This document shows, in pieces, positions 50,701 to 64,000 of a stretch of 64,000 bases of DNA. How positions within the stretch are numbered: position 1 is the stretch's first letter; the number at the start of each line of letters is the position of its first letter. A program made the position numbers and the translations under genes. The DNA is from Strigamia acuminata (taxonomy: Eukaryota): the NCBI GenBank assembly GCA_949358305.1, contig OX442314.1, positions 12,400,001-12,464,000 of the forward strand. The letters run 5' to 3'. A model generated the notes under the pieces. It was not told the DNA's origin, ran no database searches, and worked only from the letters and a program-made list of their open reading frames with translations.

Positions 50701-53700
50701 TAACAGTTTCAAAGATACCGTATTACCTCACATAAAGCGGCATGCCGTTGGTAGCAGGTTTTTAAAATTTTGTCCAAAAAGTGTATACCGGCATGCCGAT
50801 ATAAAACGAAACATGCCGGTATAAGTGAAAAACCTCTTTTTCTTGTTTTTTTTTAAAGAGCCCTAATGAATAATTATATTGAATTTTGAGTCTAAAATTT
50901 AAGTTTTATTGATATTCTGAAGATTACTACTAAAATTTGGGAAATGTTATACAAATTTCCTACATTTTGGACATCTAAAAATGATTTTTTTGGTTGTTTT
51001 GGCTAAATTCTTTAAAAAAAAATTCGTACTCACTTACACCGGCATGCCGGTATAACTCGAATTATACCGGCGTGCGGCTTAATGTGAGGTAATACGGTAC
51101 AAACTAAAAGTCACCCGGTATATCGATAGAAAAACCCAACGTGTCTTTATTATTTACCTGCATGAGCTCATGAGACCAGCAATTGATGTGAAAAAGCCGA
51201 CATCTTTTTTATCTTTAAGATGTTGGAGCATTTTCTGGAATAAATATAAGTTGATTATCAATGAGGTTGGCCAACGAATTGCTGATTACTCTTACCATTT
51301 GGATCGAAACATTACCACCTCTTAAAATGGAGATTCCCATTTGCAAAGTGTTCATTACCATTGGGCTTTGCGCACCTACAAACAAAAACACCTTGTTATC
51401 ATATTGTGCTTCCTTGTGGCATTGTTTCTTACCTTTGCAAGCACTTATGTTTAGTAATGTCATTTCGGATACACCTCTGTCAGCAAGTCTTGCTTGTTCA
51501 AACAGTAGTTTTTGTTTTTGCATTTCTTGTTCCTAATGAATGATAGTTTATTTTAGTAAATTAAATTTAGAATTCATCTTTATTTATTATTAAATTAAAT
51601 TAAATAACATTTCAAGTTTATTAACAACTTACAGCCTTAATTGCCATTCTCTTCTATTGAATGTCAAAATAGGAAATAGGAAAACGTTAGTTGGTTTTTC
51701 AGGGTTAAAATAGTTAGTGGTTCTGTTTAATAATAATAAAAACAATACCAAAGGTATTTGTTCATACATGAATGGATGACGAGCCTCCTTCATCTTCTCC
51801 ACCCCCTTCCTCTTCCTCCTCTTCGTCACTACCACTGCAACTCTACACAAACAAATTGATACGCAAGATGTAACACAAATCTCATTTAATAAAACTCACT
51901 CTGCCAATGATCTCCGCGTATGACATGTATAGTTTGTCTTCCTGCATTGCTCCACTAGAAATCACGAATTTTAGAATAATTAATTGGGCCTATACGATTT
52001 TCTATTTACCTGTGTTCTGTTGTCGCTTGACGACAAAATGCCACTACCAATTGCATTAAGGGATCTTGTTTACTACTCTCCTCTTCTACCTCTTTTTTGG
52101 CCAATTCTGCATCTTCAAATGATTGCTAGAAATGATAAATTCCACTTTAATTAACCAAACTAGAAACCCATCAAATGCAGACTTACTGTTAAATCCTGAA
52201 TCAAAATTTCTTGACCAACATTTTCGTCAGTCAGCCACAAATCTTTATATGTTCTTAGGAAAATATTGATGGCTCGATGCCTAGTGAAATTAAATAATTT
52301 ATATTAACTTAGAATAAACAATTGATTTTTACAAAAATAAAAGAAACGTAAATCAATCACACGTTTACAGAAAAACATTATTTTGTGAACAAAAATGTAC
52401 CTCTTTAAACTATACAAAGGCGTACTAAGTAAACATGCGAGTGCAGCTCTTTTCTTGGCAGTTGACAAAACTCTCTTCCATGCAGATCTGGCTGGGGCAG
52501 GGTTATGAGCCTACGGAGGGAGACAAGATTTCACTCCACATTCGTTCATGCAAATATCAACTTTGATTAACAACTAAACAAAAAAATCACACGGATTAAT
52601 TTTTTAAAAAAATCAAGTAAAAAAAAAATCATTATTTTCAATTCTATTAGTCCACGGTTATTTTCTGTAAACATAAAACCACGTCATGTGATGGTGTTGC
52701 GTGTTAGTTCCCGCCACAAACTGCCCTATTACCTGGGCAAACTATGTAAAGAAGTTTGACGGAAACACTGAATAACAGCCCTCTTGCGCTGAATAGACAC
52801 AACACTTCGGTAAACACCTTTCGTGAGTGTTTGTGGGTGATCGATCTGGCAGTGAAAAGAGTTTTTTCACGCGGTGAAAGAAAAATGATGGAAATGATTG
52901 AAATGATTAAAACAATTGAAAATTGCATTAAAATATAAAACAAAAGAGAAAACAACAGTCCAAAGGGAAAGTATGCCCAGAAATGAAAATAAAAACGAGA
53001 CGGTAAATCAATAAAAAGCCTGGGCACACCATTCCCTTTAACAGTAAAACCAAATCTACCATGTGCAGTCCATGCAGAACTTGAGCCATTGCTATGATTC
53101 TTTCAACAAGTTGGTCCAAAGATTCACCTTTGACCACTGCCCCCGTGTTCTTATTCCCCAATTTGCTGTACAGGTGATGTTGCCAACTCATTGCATCGCT
53201 GGGGTCGATTTTTTCAGGTAGTAACAGTTGGTTTTTCACGTATTCCGAAGTGTCCAAATCTGGCTCTTTCTGCAATCATTTTTAAACCAATTTTAGGGTT
53301 TTAAAGAAAGAGAATGACGGTGGTATACGAACCTTGAGGAATTTTTCTTTGGCGTGCTGAACCAGTTCTTGTTCTCTGCCAGCAAACAGATTCAAACCAA
53401 CGGGCAGCAAGCGTTTCAAACAAGCCACCATCAAACTCGCGGCCAATTCTTTGTCTTTGTCTCTTTTCTTATCGCGATCTCTCTTCTTCTTTTTCGTACT
53501 TATTTGCGTCGATGAGTCTGGAATGGCCTGCATTCGTCGACTAGACGCGGGCATTATCAACGTCATGTTGTCGATCTCGTGCTGAGCTATGAAATTCTGC
53601 TCTTCTCGTCTGAAGTATTGAGAAGTCGACCAAATGTTGAAGATTTCTGCCACGTATTTGTACAGTTGTTCCGCTTCTGGTACACTCATTTTCAACCAGT

Positions 53701-56700
53701 GAGCTCTGCGTGTAATAGCAATTATTTATAACAGCATTTTAAGAAAATTCGAATTTTATGGAAAACTCACCTTTGAAGATCAACATATTTTATGAGAAGT
53801 GGATAAAATGCATAGATGTCTCTTACAATGCACAGCCATTCCTAAATAATTAAGAAAAATTCAGAATATGGGACTATGCGCTGTTGTTTGATCGTTTTTT
53901 TTACTTCTTGCAACTGTCCTTCGACTGAAGACGTGTCTTCGGTTTGGGATTTTAAGAATCCTCTTAAAGATTCTTCTTTGTGGAACAATTGGTCGACTCT
54001 GTTGCGAATTGTAGTCGACAATGGAAGAACTGGATCTATTAGCAACTCCTCGGACGAATTGATGATGATTTGTTGAGTGAACGCTGAAGATTAACGAAAT
54101 AAAATTAATTGAAGAAAAAAATTAATAGCAACAGAATTTTCTGTCATTTCGTACTTGCGATTCGTATCAGCCACGGTGCTTTCTCGTTCGGCACACCAAT
54201 GTTATTTTTAATGAGAATCATCACTGTTTTTAGAAGACCATTCATGTGTTCGCTGGTAACCATGGTCACATGGTTTCCTGATGTCGGACTGATATTATCT
54301 GGTCCTTGATTCCACCAGAAAGGCAAGTAGCTTTTAAAAAACGCGAGAAATAAAATTGTTTTATTGACGTTTTTCTTTTTTGATTAAATCATTAAATGTA
54401 GAATTTGTTGCACCTGCAGAGCATGGGTAATTCCACGTCAATAATGTGAGGTAATTCATTGTAGTCGCCACTGGATTCGGCGAATTTAGCAACTTTGGAC
54501 GTGAGGTCTTCCAACGTGGGCATGCTCGATTCCATTTTGGCCATGACGTCTTGAGCTTCCAACGAGGTTTCTTCCAATCGGCCGTGGATTGAAAATTGGT
54601 TGTGTTTGTTTAGGTGAGGTTCCAAAAACGCGACTGGAAAAGTGCTGGCAAATGCACCCAGACATGTTCCAAGTGCCGAGCGATGCCTAAATTTAGTTTA
54701 GAAATGTTTTTATCACTTGGCATCAAAAATTATAGAAAAATAAACAAAATACACACCTGTCTAATTCAGCTTTGATGAATTTTCTGCGATAATTAACAAA
54801 AAAACAAATGAAACGATTTAAATTTAACGCTTGAGATATATTATACCTGTTATTGAAGAGTTCTCTGTCGGTGCCCAAAGTGAACATACTGTTTAGAATT
54901 TTGTAACACGCCACTTGAACATCATCCACTGAAATGTTTGTCGTAGTTTGCATTAATGAATAGAAGTCTAGGCACATGTAACTTACATAAAAGATCACTG
55001 CCGTATTCGTTCGAGGCCAAATGATCAAACATTGCAGTTAATACTGGCAGAAGAACCATTTGCATGTAATTGAGAGATGACGATGTTTTTAAATGAGTTC
55101 CTCTTAGGTAGTTATAGCGCTGGACTTTGAGATTTGTTACGGTTTGCTCCAAATCCTCAGCTGCATTGTTGAAAAAGGTTAACATCGATGTTCGAACAAA
55201 CTCTGGACAACTTTTTACAATTGATCTTTGATAAAAATAGAAATAAATAAATGAGAATATTGATTATGGTTGGTTATGGTGGCACGCACTTTGCATCAAA
55301 TGCCCGGATCAGGACCTGCAAACAACGCATGGTAATACGTGCATCGTTTCCAAATGCACTGATTTTAGCTCGAAGCAGCCCGGCTAATTTGCAGAACAGT
55401 CCCGCGATCATTTCTTTCTCTTTTAAAGATGCAGCGCCGACTGTAGATGTTGCAGTTGCTATCTCGATGAAATAATTGCGATGTGTTGAAAAGTATTTTT
55501 CCATCAAAGGTAAAACTACCTGCAAATAGTGATCAAAACATTGTAAATATTAATTTTAGCCACGCCTGTTGTCTAAAATGCAACATACTTTGCCAAAGAA
55601 TTTGACATCTCTGCTGGAAGTTTTGAAACTGGAGCGGCGAGTATAATTGCCGCTTGGTTTCAATAGTTTCATGTTAAATGCTGCAACGTCTAAGTACTGC
55701 AACAATTTTTCCAGCAGACTGTAAGCAAATCGACGTTCGGTCGTCCCTGCATCCGGATCGCCATCCATGGATTTACTCAACCTAGGATTGAAAATCGTCA
55801 AGAAAAACTTTATAAAATGTTTCTATTTTCTCACCTATGAACTTTGTATCCTTGGAACTGCAGATATTTGAGTAACTCTTGTGATCTTTCTCGATTTTTG
55901 CGTTTTTCTTTATCGGTAAGGAGATCATAAGGAACGAGTTGAGGATGGATGATGGTGTTGCCCGATCCTGCTGCTTCTTCTATCGTTTTCATCGCCCACA
56001 CGTCGTGCGCATTTTCAGTCAAACGTTCGGCCATATTCTTAAAAAAAAAATTAAAATTTGTTCTATAGATAAAGCAAAACATCAAAATACCTGCATTTCC
56101 CTGCTTAATGTCAAATTGGACATGTCCACCGGTCTAGGATGATAAACAGATTGAGATGTATCGCCTCCCTACGTTACAAAAACAAATACTTAGGCTTGTC
56201 CAAAGCAGACGTGAAATAAAGTCTTCATACCAAACTGGATTTGGATTGTGCCCGCTTTAAATTTGATTTCCCACCGCGCGCATCCGTGTCTCCCATTTCG
56301 ATCGTCCATTGCCAGGCCAACAACGCTTTCAGAGCATCTTGGATCGGTTCTTGGTATCTTTCTTTCTCCCAATCGGCGAGTTTTGCAAACGCTTTTAGAC
56401 GAGGATGAATTTTGTTGTCCCCCGACCAATGCTCTCCATAAACCCAACCGTTTTCAAGCTGTCGGAATAATTAATTAACCATTGTTACCTAATCAGTGTT
56501 ATTCGCCGTACTTTGTGACTGGCCCAAGCGTCGTGATAATGCTCCGCAAACTTCAGCACAATTGTTGTTAAATCAGAGTTGAGTGTAATGCTAGAAATTA
56601 GAAAAGGAAAAAGGACACTGTGAGTGCAATAAAGCACTACGGAATGTAAAGGTGTTACCTGACAGTGTTGACTGGAGTTGGTTTAAACGGACCAGCCTCT

Positions 56701-59700
56701 GAAGCCGATTGTTTGTACAATTCGTCGTCAATTGCCACTGTGAGTGAATAATCGGGCGGCAACGCACAACCTATTGCTGATAAACAGGGAAGAGCTTTGC
56801 CAAATAAATCAGGATCGTATTCCTGGATGTGATTTCAAAATTCATTTCAGTAAATACGGTGTCAAAAAATGGGAAAAGAAAGACTGCACCATTTTTGCAA
56901 GAGAGTCGAAGATGTTGCTGAAAAGAATCATTGTGAGTCTTTTCTCCTCTTCGCTGGCACAACCGAAAGTTCCTTGTCCACCGGGAGCTCCGTAATAGCG
57001 ACTGCATCGTTCGAAATGAAGTGTCAATAACTGAAAATGAAATTATTCATTCATAAATTAAATACAAGATTTATTTATTTATTTAATGCTATTTTTTTGT
57101 AATTAAATTTTAGTGCTTTGTGACCAAGTTATACTGACCTTAAGACGAGCCTAGGAAAAGCATAAAGGGAATGGACAAACTAATTTTACTGTGATGTGCA
57201 TTTTGCCGTTAAATGTGTACCATTATTGCACCTCCCTGAGTGCTAGATTTCTAGAAAAATAAATTCTAGCAATTTAAATTCTAGAAAAATAAATTCTAGC
57301 AATTTAAATTCTAGAAAAATAAATTCTAGCAATTTAAATTCTAGAAAAATAAATTCTAGCAATTTAAATTCTAGAAAAATAAATTCTAGCAATTTAAATT
57401 CTAGAAAAATAATTCTAGAAAAATAAATTCTAGCAATTTAAATTCTAGAAAAATAAATTCTAAAAAAATAAATTCTAGCAATTTAAATTCTAGAAAAATA
57501 AATTCTAACAATTTAAATTCTAGAAAAATAAATTCTAGCAATTTAAATTCTAGAAAAATAATTCTAGAAAAATAAATTCTAGCAATTTAAATTCTAGAAA
57601 AATAAATTCTAACAATTTAAATTCTAGAAAAATAAATTCTAAAAAAATAAATTCTAGCAATTTAAATTCTAGAAAAATAAATTCTGGCAAATTTATAATC
57701 CTCTAGAATTCCAGCACTAGGTGGCTTAGCATAACTACTCAATTAATTGCATTCAAGTTAGAATTGTAAACAAAATCTTACTCTTAAAGCTACAGTTGTG
57801 TACTCCGTAAGCGCAGAAACGTCGACCGTCAGTTTTCTTAATAGTCGAAGTAACATACTAGGCTGCATTTCTCTGATATCAATGGAAAATGAATTACGAG
57901 TCATCCAACTTTGAAGCCAAATGAAAACTCACTTGGTCAGTGAAACCAGGAAGTCTGAAACAGCTTCCCTTTGTCCTTTGGTGAGCAACTTGCATTTGGA
58001 TAGTCTGTAGACTGTATGCAATGTTGCTTCCATAAGACTCGCGTAGTTGTCCGCATCAGCGAAAAATCGGCAGTACTTGATGAGTAAAGGCAGAATGGAA
58101 TTACCAATGTACCGGTTGAGTGCCAGTGCCATGTCACTTTCTCCACCTTCAGGCTGACATTGTGCAAAGAATTGTCAATAAACACACGAGATTTCAAGAG
58201 TTTTAACGAACCTTTTCCAGCATAGTTGCCGCTCTGAGGTCGGGAAGAAAGGCGTTTTCAAGAATACGGAAAAAGATTTCTCGCTCTTCAATTCCGTAAA
58301 CTCTTTCCAGGAACATTACGATTGACTGTTTGTGGTTCGGAGTGAGACCAGAAGGCAAATCGCTTTTTGATTCTCCAACAATGCTGATGAAAAGTGGAAA
58401 ATTGATGCTCAAAACGCCTTCTAAGTCTTCCAGTGGAACCAGCGATCGCAAAATTGCTCGGGCTCGTAACGATTCATTCTTTCCCTAATTTACAAATACA
58501 AGAAATTTATTTTGGGCCAAAATGGAAGAAATTTTTCACCATTTCTATGATGGAAGCATCTGGTGCACAGCGGCCTAAAAGGTCGACCAGAACGCAATAG
58601 AAATTAAGAATTGCGGCACCGAGGTCAACATAATCTTCGTCTTCTTCGTTAGGCACCGGGTGGTTAATTGGAGGTTCCATCGTACCGCCTGGAGTAAACT
58701 CTTTCAAAGTATTGATTTTTTCGGACATTTTGTTTGCTTCTACGATCGCTTGAAGAAGTCCTTCGCCTTCGCCTCTTAGGGCCGGACCCAAACACTCCGG
58801 ACGACGGATTAACAGCCGGATTACTAGATTTGCATTTTCTTCTACGCTTTCACCTGCGAGGCAAACAATGGTTCGCATTATGCCAACGTTTGCAACACAT
58901 TATTTACAAACATTGGATTTTCTTACATACCATTAACCCAGACACAAAATCGCAGGAAATCCAGATATCTCTCCCCTTCGACTGGATCCCAACCTATATC
59001 CGGATAATGTTTTTCTAACAGTTCTTGATTCGTTTGAAGTCCGCACCGCGATAAATAAACAGCAATTTTCTCCAGCAAATGCTCGCGCAACGCAAGAGCC
59101 AGTTCGTTATTCTCCATCACGGACGAATAAGCGACGTCCAAAGGAGTCGACCCGCGTAAAGATGGACGAGCTGCAACATAATATTATCAAACACAACATC
59201 GAATTAGGCGATAAAATGTTTACCGAGAAGAATGTTGGCATTGTCCAAGAGAAAACTGAAATGATCAAACATTGCCTTTTGATTGACTTTGCTACTGCGA
59301 CAGAAATAGCAAAGGAAACGACAGCAAGCCACGACCATTTCGTGCGACGTATCCTGCAATCAACACGTTGTTATCAACTGGAAATGAACAAAAATAAATA
59401 TAAATAAATATCAAACTTTTTTCTTCGTCTCTTCTTGCGTCGATCCTCCAGTGGGGACATCCGACTGCGTCTGAGCTCTGCGCCCTAAAGTATTCATCAT
59501 GACCGCCATCACGTCTTCGTGCACGCGCAAAATTCGCATCAAGTCGGGGTGTTGGAAGAAAACCCTGTTGCGAACAAATTCCCACAGACTGAATCTCAAC
59601 AACTCCTCCTCTTCGGGACCCATCTGGACCGGCAGAAGTCTTCTGATGACGCCCAAATACTTCAATAATTTGCTGATGTCGGCTTTGCTCTTTTTGGCGA

Positions 59701-62700
59701 TTGAATACGAACACTGAAGCGCCTGCATGATTTCGCCAACGCCGTCGTATTGTCGCAACAACAAACCGAACATTTCTCTGATCAAAGTGTTGCTTTCGAG
59801 GGCGCTTTCTTCGCCCCAGCTCACGATGGTTTTGATGAGCACGTGGCGGAAATTCTCTTCGGGCAGCAATTTACCTTCGGACTCGCCTTCCGGTCGTTCT
59901 GTTTCGGTTTTCTTGACGAAATTTATCAACTTGTTTAGTTTTTGGGTCCATATTCGTCCTTCGTCTTTGGGTTTTTCGGGCTCCGCTTCGGTGTTGACGC
60001 TCACTTTGGTCATTAGTTCACCGTGGTAGGTGTTTAACACGTCTCTGATGTCTTCGTTTAACGGACACGCGTCGCTCAATTCGTCTTCCAGGTTTTTGAA
60101 ATTCAAGATGCTCATCATCTGCTCTTTAGGCGGACAACGGAATTCGCGAGTCTTCTTGGCCGCCACTGCGGGAGGCAAATCCGATTGCTTGATTTCCACG
60201 TAACGCCGCAATTGATCCACTTGCAACTCGCCAACAAAGTCGTCGCAAAACGTAACGATGGATTCTAATCGATGACGTAATTGCAAGTCGCAAAGATGAT
60301 GCAATAAGTAACACATTTGCAATTTAACGCCTTCGTCCAAGTGCATTTGTAGAAGACCTTTGTTCTTATTGGCTTCTTCTGACGAAAGAAATAAATTGAT
60401 TAGTGAAAAAAGGGAATCTGAAAGAACAACTTTTAGCTTACCTGGGTCGTAAGCTTCGTTCCACGTTTCAGGATCGATAAGGATTAGAAGTTTTTCCAGA
60501 TCCGGGTCGTCGATCAGACCGATTAGAAACAGTTTATCCACAGTCTTGATGAGCGGCACGAAAAGATTTTCATTGCTGCCTCCGATTGGATCTCGGTTGT
60601 GAACCGTTCCTTTAGTGACGGCATCTTCAATCGCGTACATGACGAACTGTTTAAGGACTTCGACGGGGAAATACGGACTGCTAAGTTCTTTAATATCTTC
60701 CAGTTTATCTCTTGAGGTTTAACGAGAGATTAAAAAGATGAAAACAAATAATATCGAACCGATGTTTTACTTACTGGATTTCTGACATTTGCATCTGGGG
60801 TCGTATTGAAACGATTTCCATCGATCTCAGACTGTGAGCCATTGAGGGATTTTCGTACAACGCTTTCATTTCGGCTCCCAATGGAATGATGTATTCATTT
60901 TGCGTCGTACTCCTCAAATAAGCGTGAGCTTCCAGGTGAATTGCAATCAAAAGGTCGTAAAATCCAACTCTCAACGGCCCAGACATGTATTCGGATTGAA
61001 TGGCGTACAATAATTGTTTTTCGTCTACGTGTTGGCATAATATGTGAGCGACTCTGTAGTTGCTTTGGAAACAAACGGCGCAGTACAAAGACAACGTGTG
61101 AGCATGGAAACTGAAAGAGAATATCTTATATTTATAGAAGAAGAAATAAATGTAAAACAACAAAATTACGTTAGCAGTTTTTCGTGTTCTATCAATTCCA
61201 AGATATCGATACACCGATCCTCTTCTGGAATGTGCAATGCCAACATGGACACAGGGTCTTCGCATAGCATACTCCATCCTCTTACATCGGATAATTTCAG
61301 TGAATGAACACGTAATGAGGTATTGGCAGCACGAGCCCATGTGTGAAGTCTCAGACTTTGCACTTTGAGTCGAGGTGGACACTGGAATTCAATTTTAAAA
61401 ATAAAAAAAATTAATTTTTTAATTTTTTTAATTTTTTGGAAAGAAAATATTCGAACCTGAGGTGTCAAATGTTTTTCGGAGCTCTGAAGCACGGCTGCGG
61501 ACAAAGGCATCGTTTTTCGTGTTCGTCCTAACTCGAACTGAAGGATTTCTCGACTGGTCGCTTCAAAGAAAATAGCTGGAAAAAGTTTGGTTCCAGGTTC
61601 CATCTAGGAAACGAGACTACGATATATAATGTCCGATACGATTATACTCGAGTTGCACTCAAAAAGGCACCTCACAATGTGTACTCCCATTGGTCGAGCC
61701 AGTTTACTACTAACTCCAGACTGTATACTACTACTAGGAGAATTAGTTTTGATTTTTATTTATTGTTGTGATTGTTATGACTAGTTTAGTTAATGTTATT
61801 TTGATTTTATTTAATAAAAAATCTTATTTTCATCATTAAAATGAAGTTTCACACATTAAAAAAATGGAAAACTCATGTTTGTTGTGTTTATTGCTTACAT
61901 CGTCTGGAAGTTTGAATTTTAGGCCGTTGCCTAGGCAATCGATTACAATGTCTGTACATTGTAATGCAATTTTGGTGTTTGGGTCTACTTTTCCGGATCA
62001 CTACACCAGTAAACTGGCTCGACCAATGGGAGTACACATTGTGAGGTGCCTTTTTGAGTGCAACTCGAGTATAGTAAAGAACCGTTTACCTGAAATCTTG
62101 ATTTGGTTTCTTTGCCATCACAAGTGAAACGGATTGTGCCGGTTGAAGTATCGATATAACAACCCAAATACATTCCTTGTGATGCTCGAGAACCACTGTC
62201 CGATTGCGAAACGACACTGTGCAATTCTCCTGCACTCACCATGTAACAATTTTGTCGTTCGCACCTGAATTAAAAACAAAAAAAAACGTTTTATTAAAAC
62301 AAAATTACAAAAAAAAAATATTCTTACATCTCTGTCACTTTATTATCGGCGTCGAGTCGAAGGAAGTTCACCTGACGGATATTTTTCGGTTCGAACATCT
62401 TCTCAGCTCTCTTATTCCTAAACTGGGTGGTCACCCAGCCCACGCACACGTGATTCGGATCCTGACCGGGGAAAATACGAACCCCGAAGAAATATTCATC
62501 AACTAAATCGAGGCAGTCGTTATCGAGGCAATCTTCCAGATCTCCTCCATCGTCTTCGCCCGGAAACGACGGCGCTCGTTTCTGACTGCTCAGCGACGCG
62601 GGTCTCTCTGCGATTTTTGGCGAGGCGGCCATTTTCAGGTCGATGATCGACCCGTGTCGGGCTGAGGCGCGTCGGCGAAGACCTGGAGTGAGTAGAGTCG

Positions 62701-64000
62701 GTGCCGGTTTGTCGCCCGGGACGTCCAAGAAATTCGACGTCGGCGCCTTTAGTCCGGGTGGCAGAACCTCTTCGGTTCGTGTGATGCCTCGTTCGGCACT
62801 GACTTCACGGTTTTTCTTGAAGAACCGGAAGGGAGATTTACTGCGACCGCGTCGCGACCGGTCGTCGTCCACGCCCAAGTGGTTTTGATCGACTTTCATG
62901 TCGTCCACGCTCGAGGACGTGAGCAATTTACGTCGCGCGGCGTCCGGAGTTGCTGGTGCAGGTCCGTTTTTGTTGGCCGTTTCGAAAGATCTTGTTTTGG
63001 ATATCCCGCGTTTTCTTCTTTGCGCGGGCTCGACGGGAACTTGGAGACCGTCTATCTCCAATTCGGTGCCATCTTCGTTGTAGCCACGTCTCAGTTCTGC
63101 GCACACAATTTATTCTGGTCAGTTGGAGTGCCGGGAACGAGTAAAAGTGGTTAGGATTTACCTGAAATGTCGGAAATGGTAAATCCGCTTTTGAGCATGT
63201 GTTGGTGCAGTTGATCGGGCGTTCTTGCAGCAGCTTCCATTTCAGCCCTGCGCTTTTGTTGTCTTAGTCGGACTTCTTGCCATTGGTTTTCTTTGTCGGT
63301 TTCGCTGTGTTTTAACGAATTGTTAGGATTTTTGTCGAATTTAATCGGTTATTTTGCAAGGGGTACCTTATTAAAGTTGGTTTTATTATCACGGGTAAAC
63401 TTAGTCGAAGGAATTCCCAATTTGCCTTCGTTTCCATTGTTTCGAACATTTTGTGCGAGATTTTAAGACTCGGTGGTGTGTCGCCTCTGGGAAAAACAGT
63501 TGCAAATGTTGGAATAATATTTCAATAACATTTCTTGTTTCACTTACCCCGCTGGTATTCTGGTTACTTCTACTTTGCAGTCTATAGCGTCGTCGACATT
63601 CTCGAATATTGAAAGATCCTTATTGTACCAAAAGGTCATCGGTCGATTCATATTTCTGTAACAATATGAAATATTTGGGTAAAAATGTATACAAATACAA
63701 TTATTGGGCTACTTACACGCAAAATGGTTTATAACCTTCTTGCAAACCACAAGCAGTGAAGAATTTCAACGCGTTTACATCCTGGAATTGTAAATTGTAA
63801 ATACAAGAAATAAGCCTTTTTTTGTGTAACTCACGTGACCAAATGTCAATTTTGCTTTTTGTCCTAAGCCCAGTGTGCAAGCAGGTACAAAACCTAAAAA
63901 ACAACAAAATCAACTCAAAATTAAATAAATAAAACCTTAAAAAATACAACTGACCTTCTCCAGTTTGAATGTCACTAAAAGCACTTTCACCACCGAGTGT
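44711..64000 (-). CDS. RyR: Ryanodine receptor, multi-exon, 5' part outside the window (begins in the SPRY2 region)
   Basis: SPRY segments ([19 protein letters not shown]), [12 protein letters not shown] repeat, [13 protein letters not shown], transmembrane region, pore motif [10 protein letters not shown], zinc site CFICG...H...EHN, C-terminus [18 protein letters not shown]. Confidence 0.98.
44986..45392. mobile_element. MITE in the last RyR intron
   Basis: gatgcattccaaaac and gttttggaatgcacc inverted termini. Confidence 0.55.
50716..51099. mobile_element. TA-flanked MITE (TACCGTA terminus) in a RyR intron
   Basis: taccgtattacctcacataaagcggca and tgcggcttaatgtgaggtaatacggta, with internal CCGGCATGCCGG repeats. 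Confidence 0.85.
51633..51653 (-). CDS. RyR: Candidate 21-nt RyR microexon (KRMAIKA)
   Basis: ttttgacattcaatAG|AAGAGAATGGCAATTAAGGCT|GTAAGT, phase 0-0 between the ...GSSSIH and EQEMQKQK... exons. Confidence 0.7.
52401..52845 (-). CDS. RyR: Two mutually exclusive RyR exons (52845-52733 and 52510-52401) encoding the calmodulin-binding helix
   Basis: [37 protein letters not shown](R), 113 nt, and [36 protein letters not shown](R), 110 nt. Both are phase 0 to 2 with canonical splice sites. Confidence 0.88.
57239..57718. repeat. Minisatellite (30-bp unit made of two 15-bp half units) enclosed by 17-bp inverted termini, in a RyR intron
   Basis: (ttctagaaaaataaa ttctagcaatttaaa)n from about 57249 to 57690; termini agtgctagatttctaga and tctagaattccagcact (15/17). 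Confidence 0.9.
61643..62073. mobile_element. MITE with perfect 66-bp TIR in a RyR intron
   Basis: 61643-61708 is the exact reverse complement of 62008-62073. Confidence 0.92.

Noticed and set aside
57249..57690. Regular 30-bp repeat resembling a CRISPR array
   Set aside because: No unique spacers, eukaryotic intron context, and no cas genes.
61383..61456. RyR intron read through in frame by the ORF track
   Set aside because: AT-rich GT-AG intron that happens to lack stops; the flanking exons join to give the conserved [10 protein letters not shown].
10859..64000. Apparent calcium-signalling cluster (two KChIPs plus RyR)
   Set aside because: Interrupted by unrelated genes, with no evidence of co-regulation; synteny data would be needed.

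Overview
AT-rich eukaryotic genomic DNA with mostly 55-75 nt introns. The RyR sequence is arthropod-like, but the taxon cannot be fixed from this window. From left to right: (1) a Ty3/Gypsy LTR retrotransposon on the minus strand (<1-10457) with intact gag and pol, a 5' LTR, a tRNA-Pro PBS, a -1 frameshift signal between gag and pol, and a third, apparently spliced, non-env-like ORF downstream of pol that the ORF track misses; (2) a probable terminal exon of a KChIP paralogue on + (10859-10906), which would place the retrotransposon in that gene's last intron; (3) a complete KChIP/KCNIP-type EF-hand gene on - (14024-33268) with two alternative first exons and MITE-rich introns; (4) two tRNA-Arg(TCT) genes; (5) a three-exon Msxlx-type homeobox gene; (6) the spliceosomal helicase Aquarius on +; (7) the 3' part (roughly three quarters) of a ryanodine receptor gene on -, with mutually exclusive exons for the calmodulin-binding helix, a 21-nt microexon, and Ala at the position matching the diamide-resistance residue G4946. 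All gene models were read by hand from splice signals and translation. No database searches were run.
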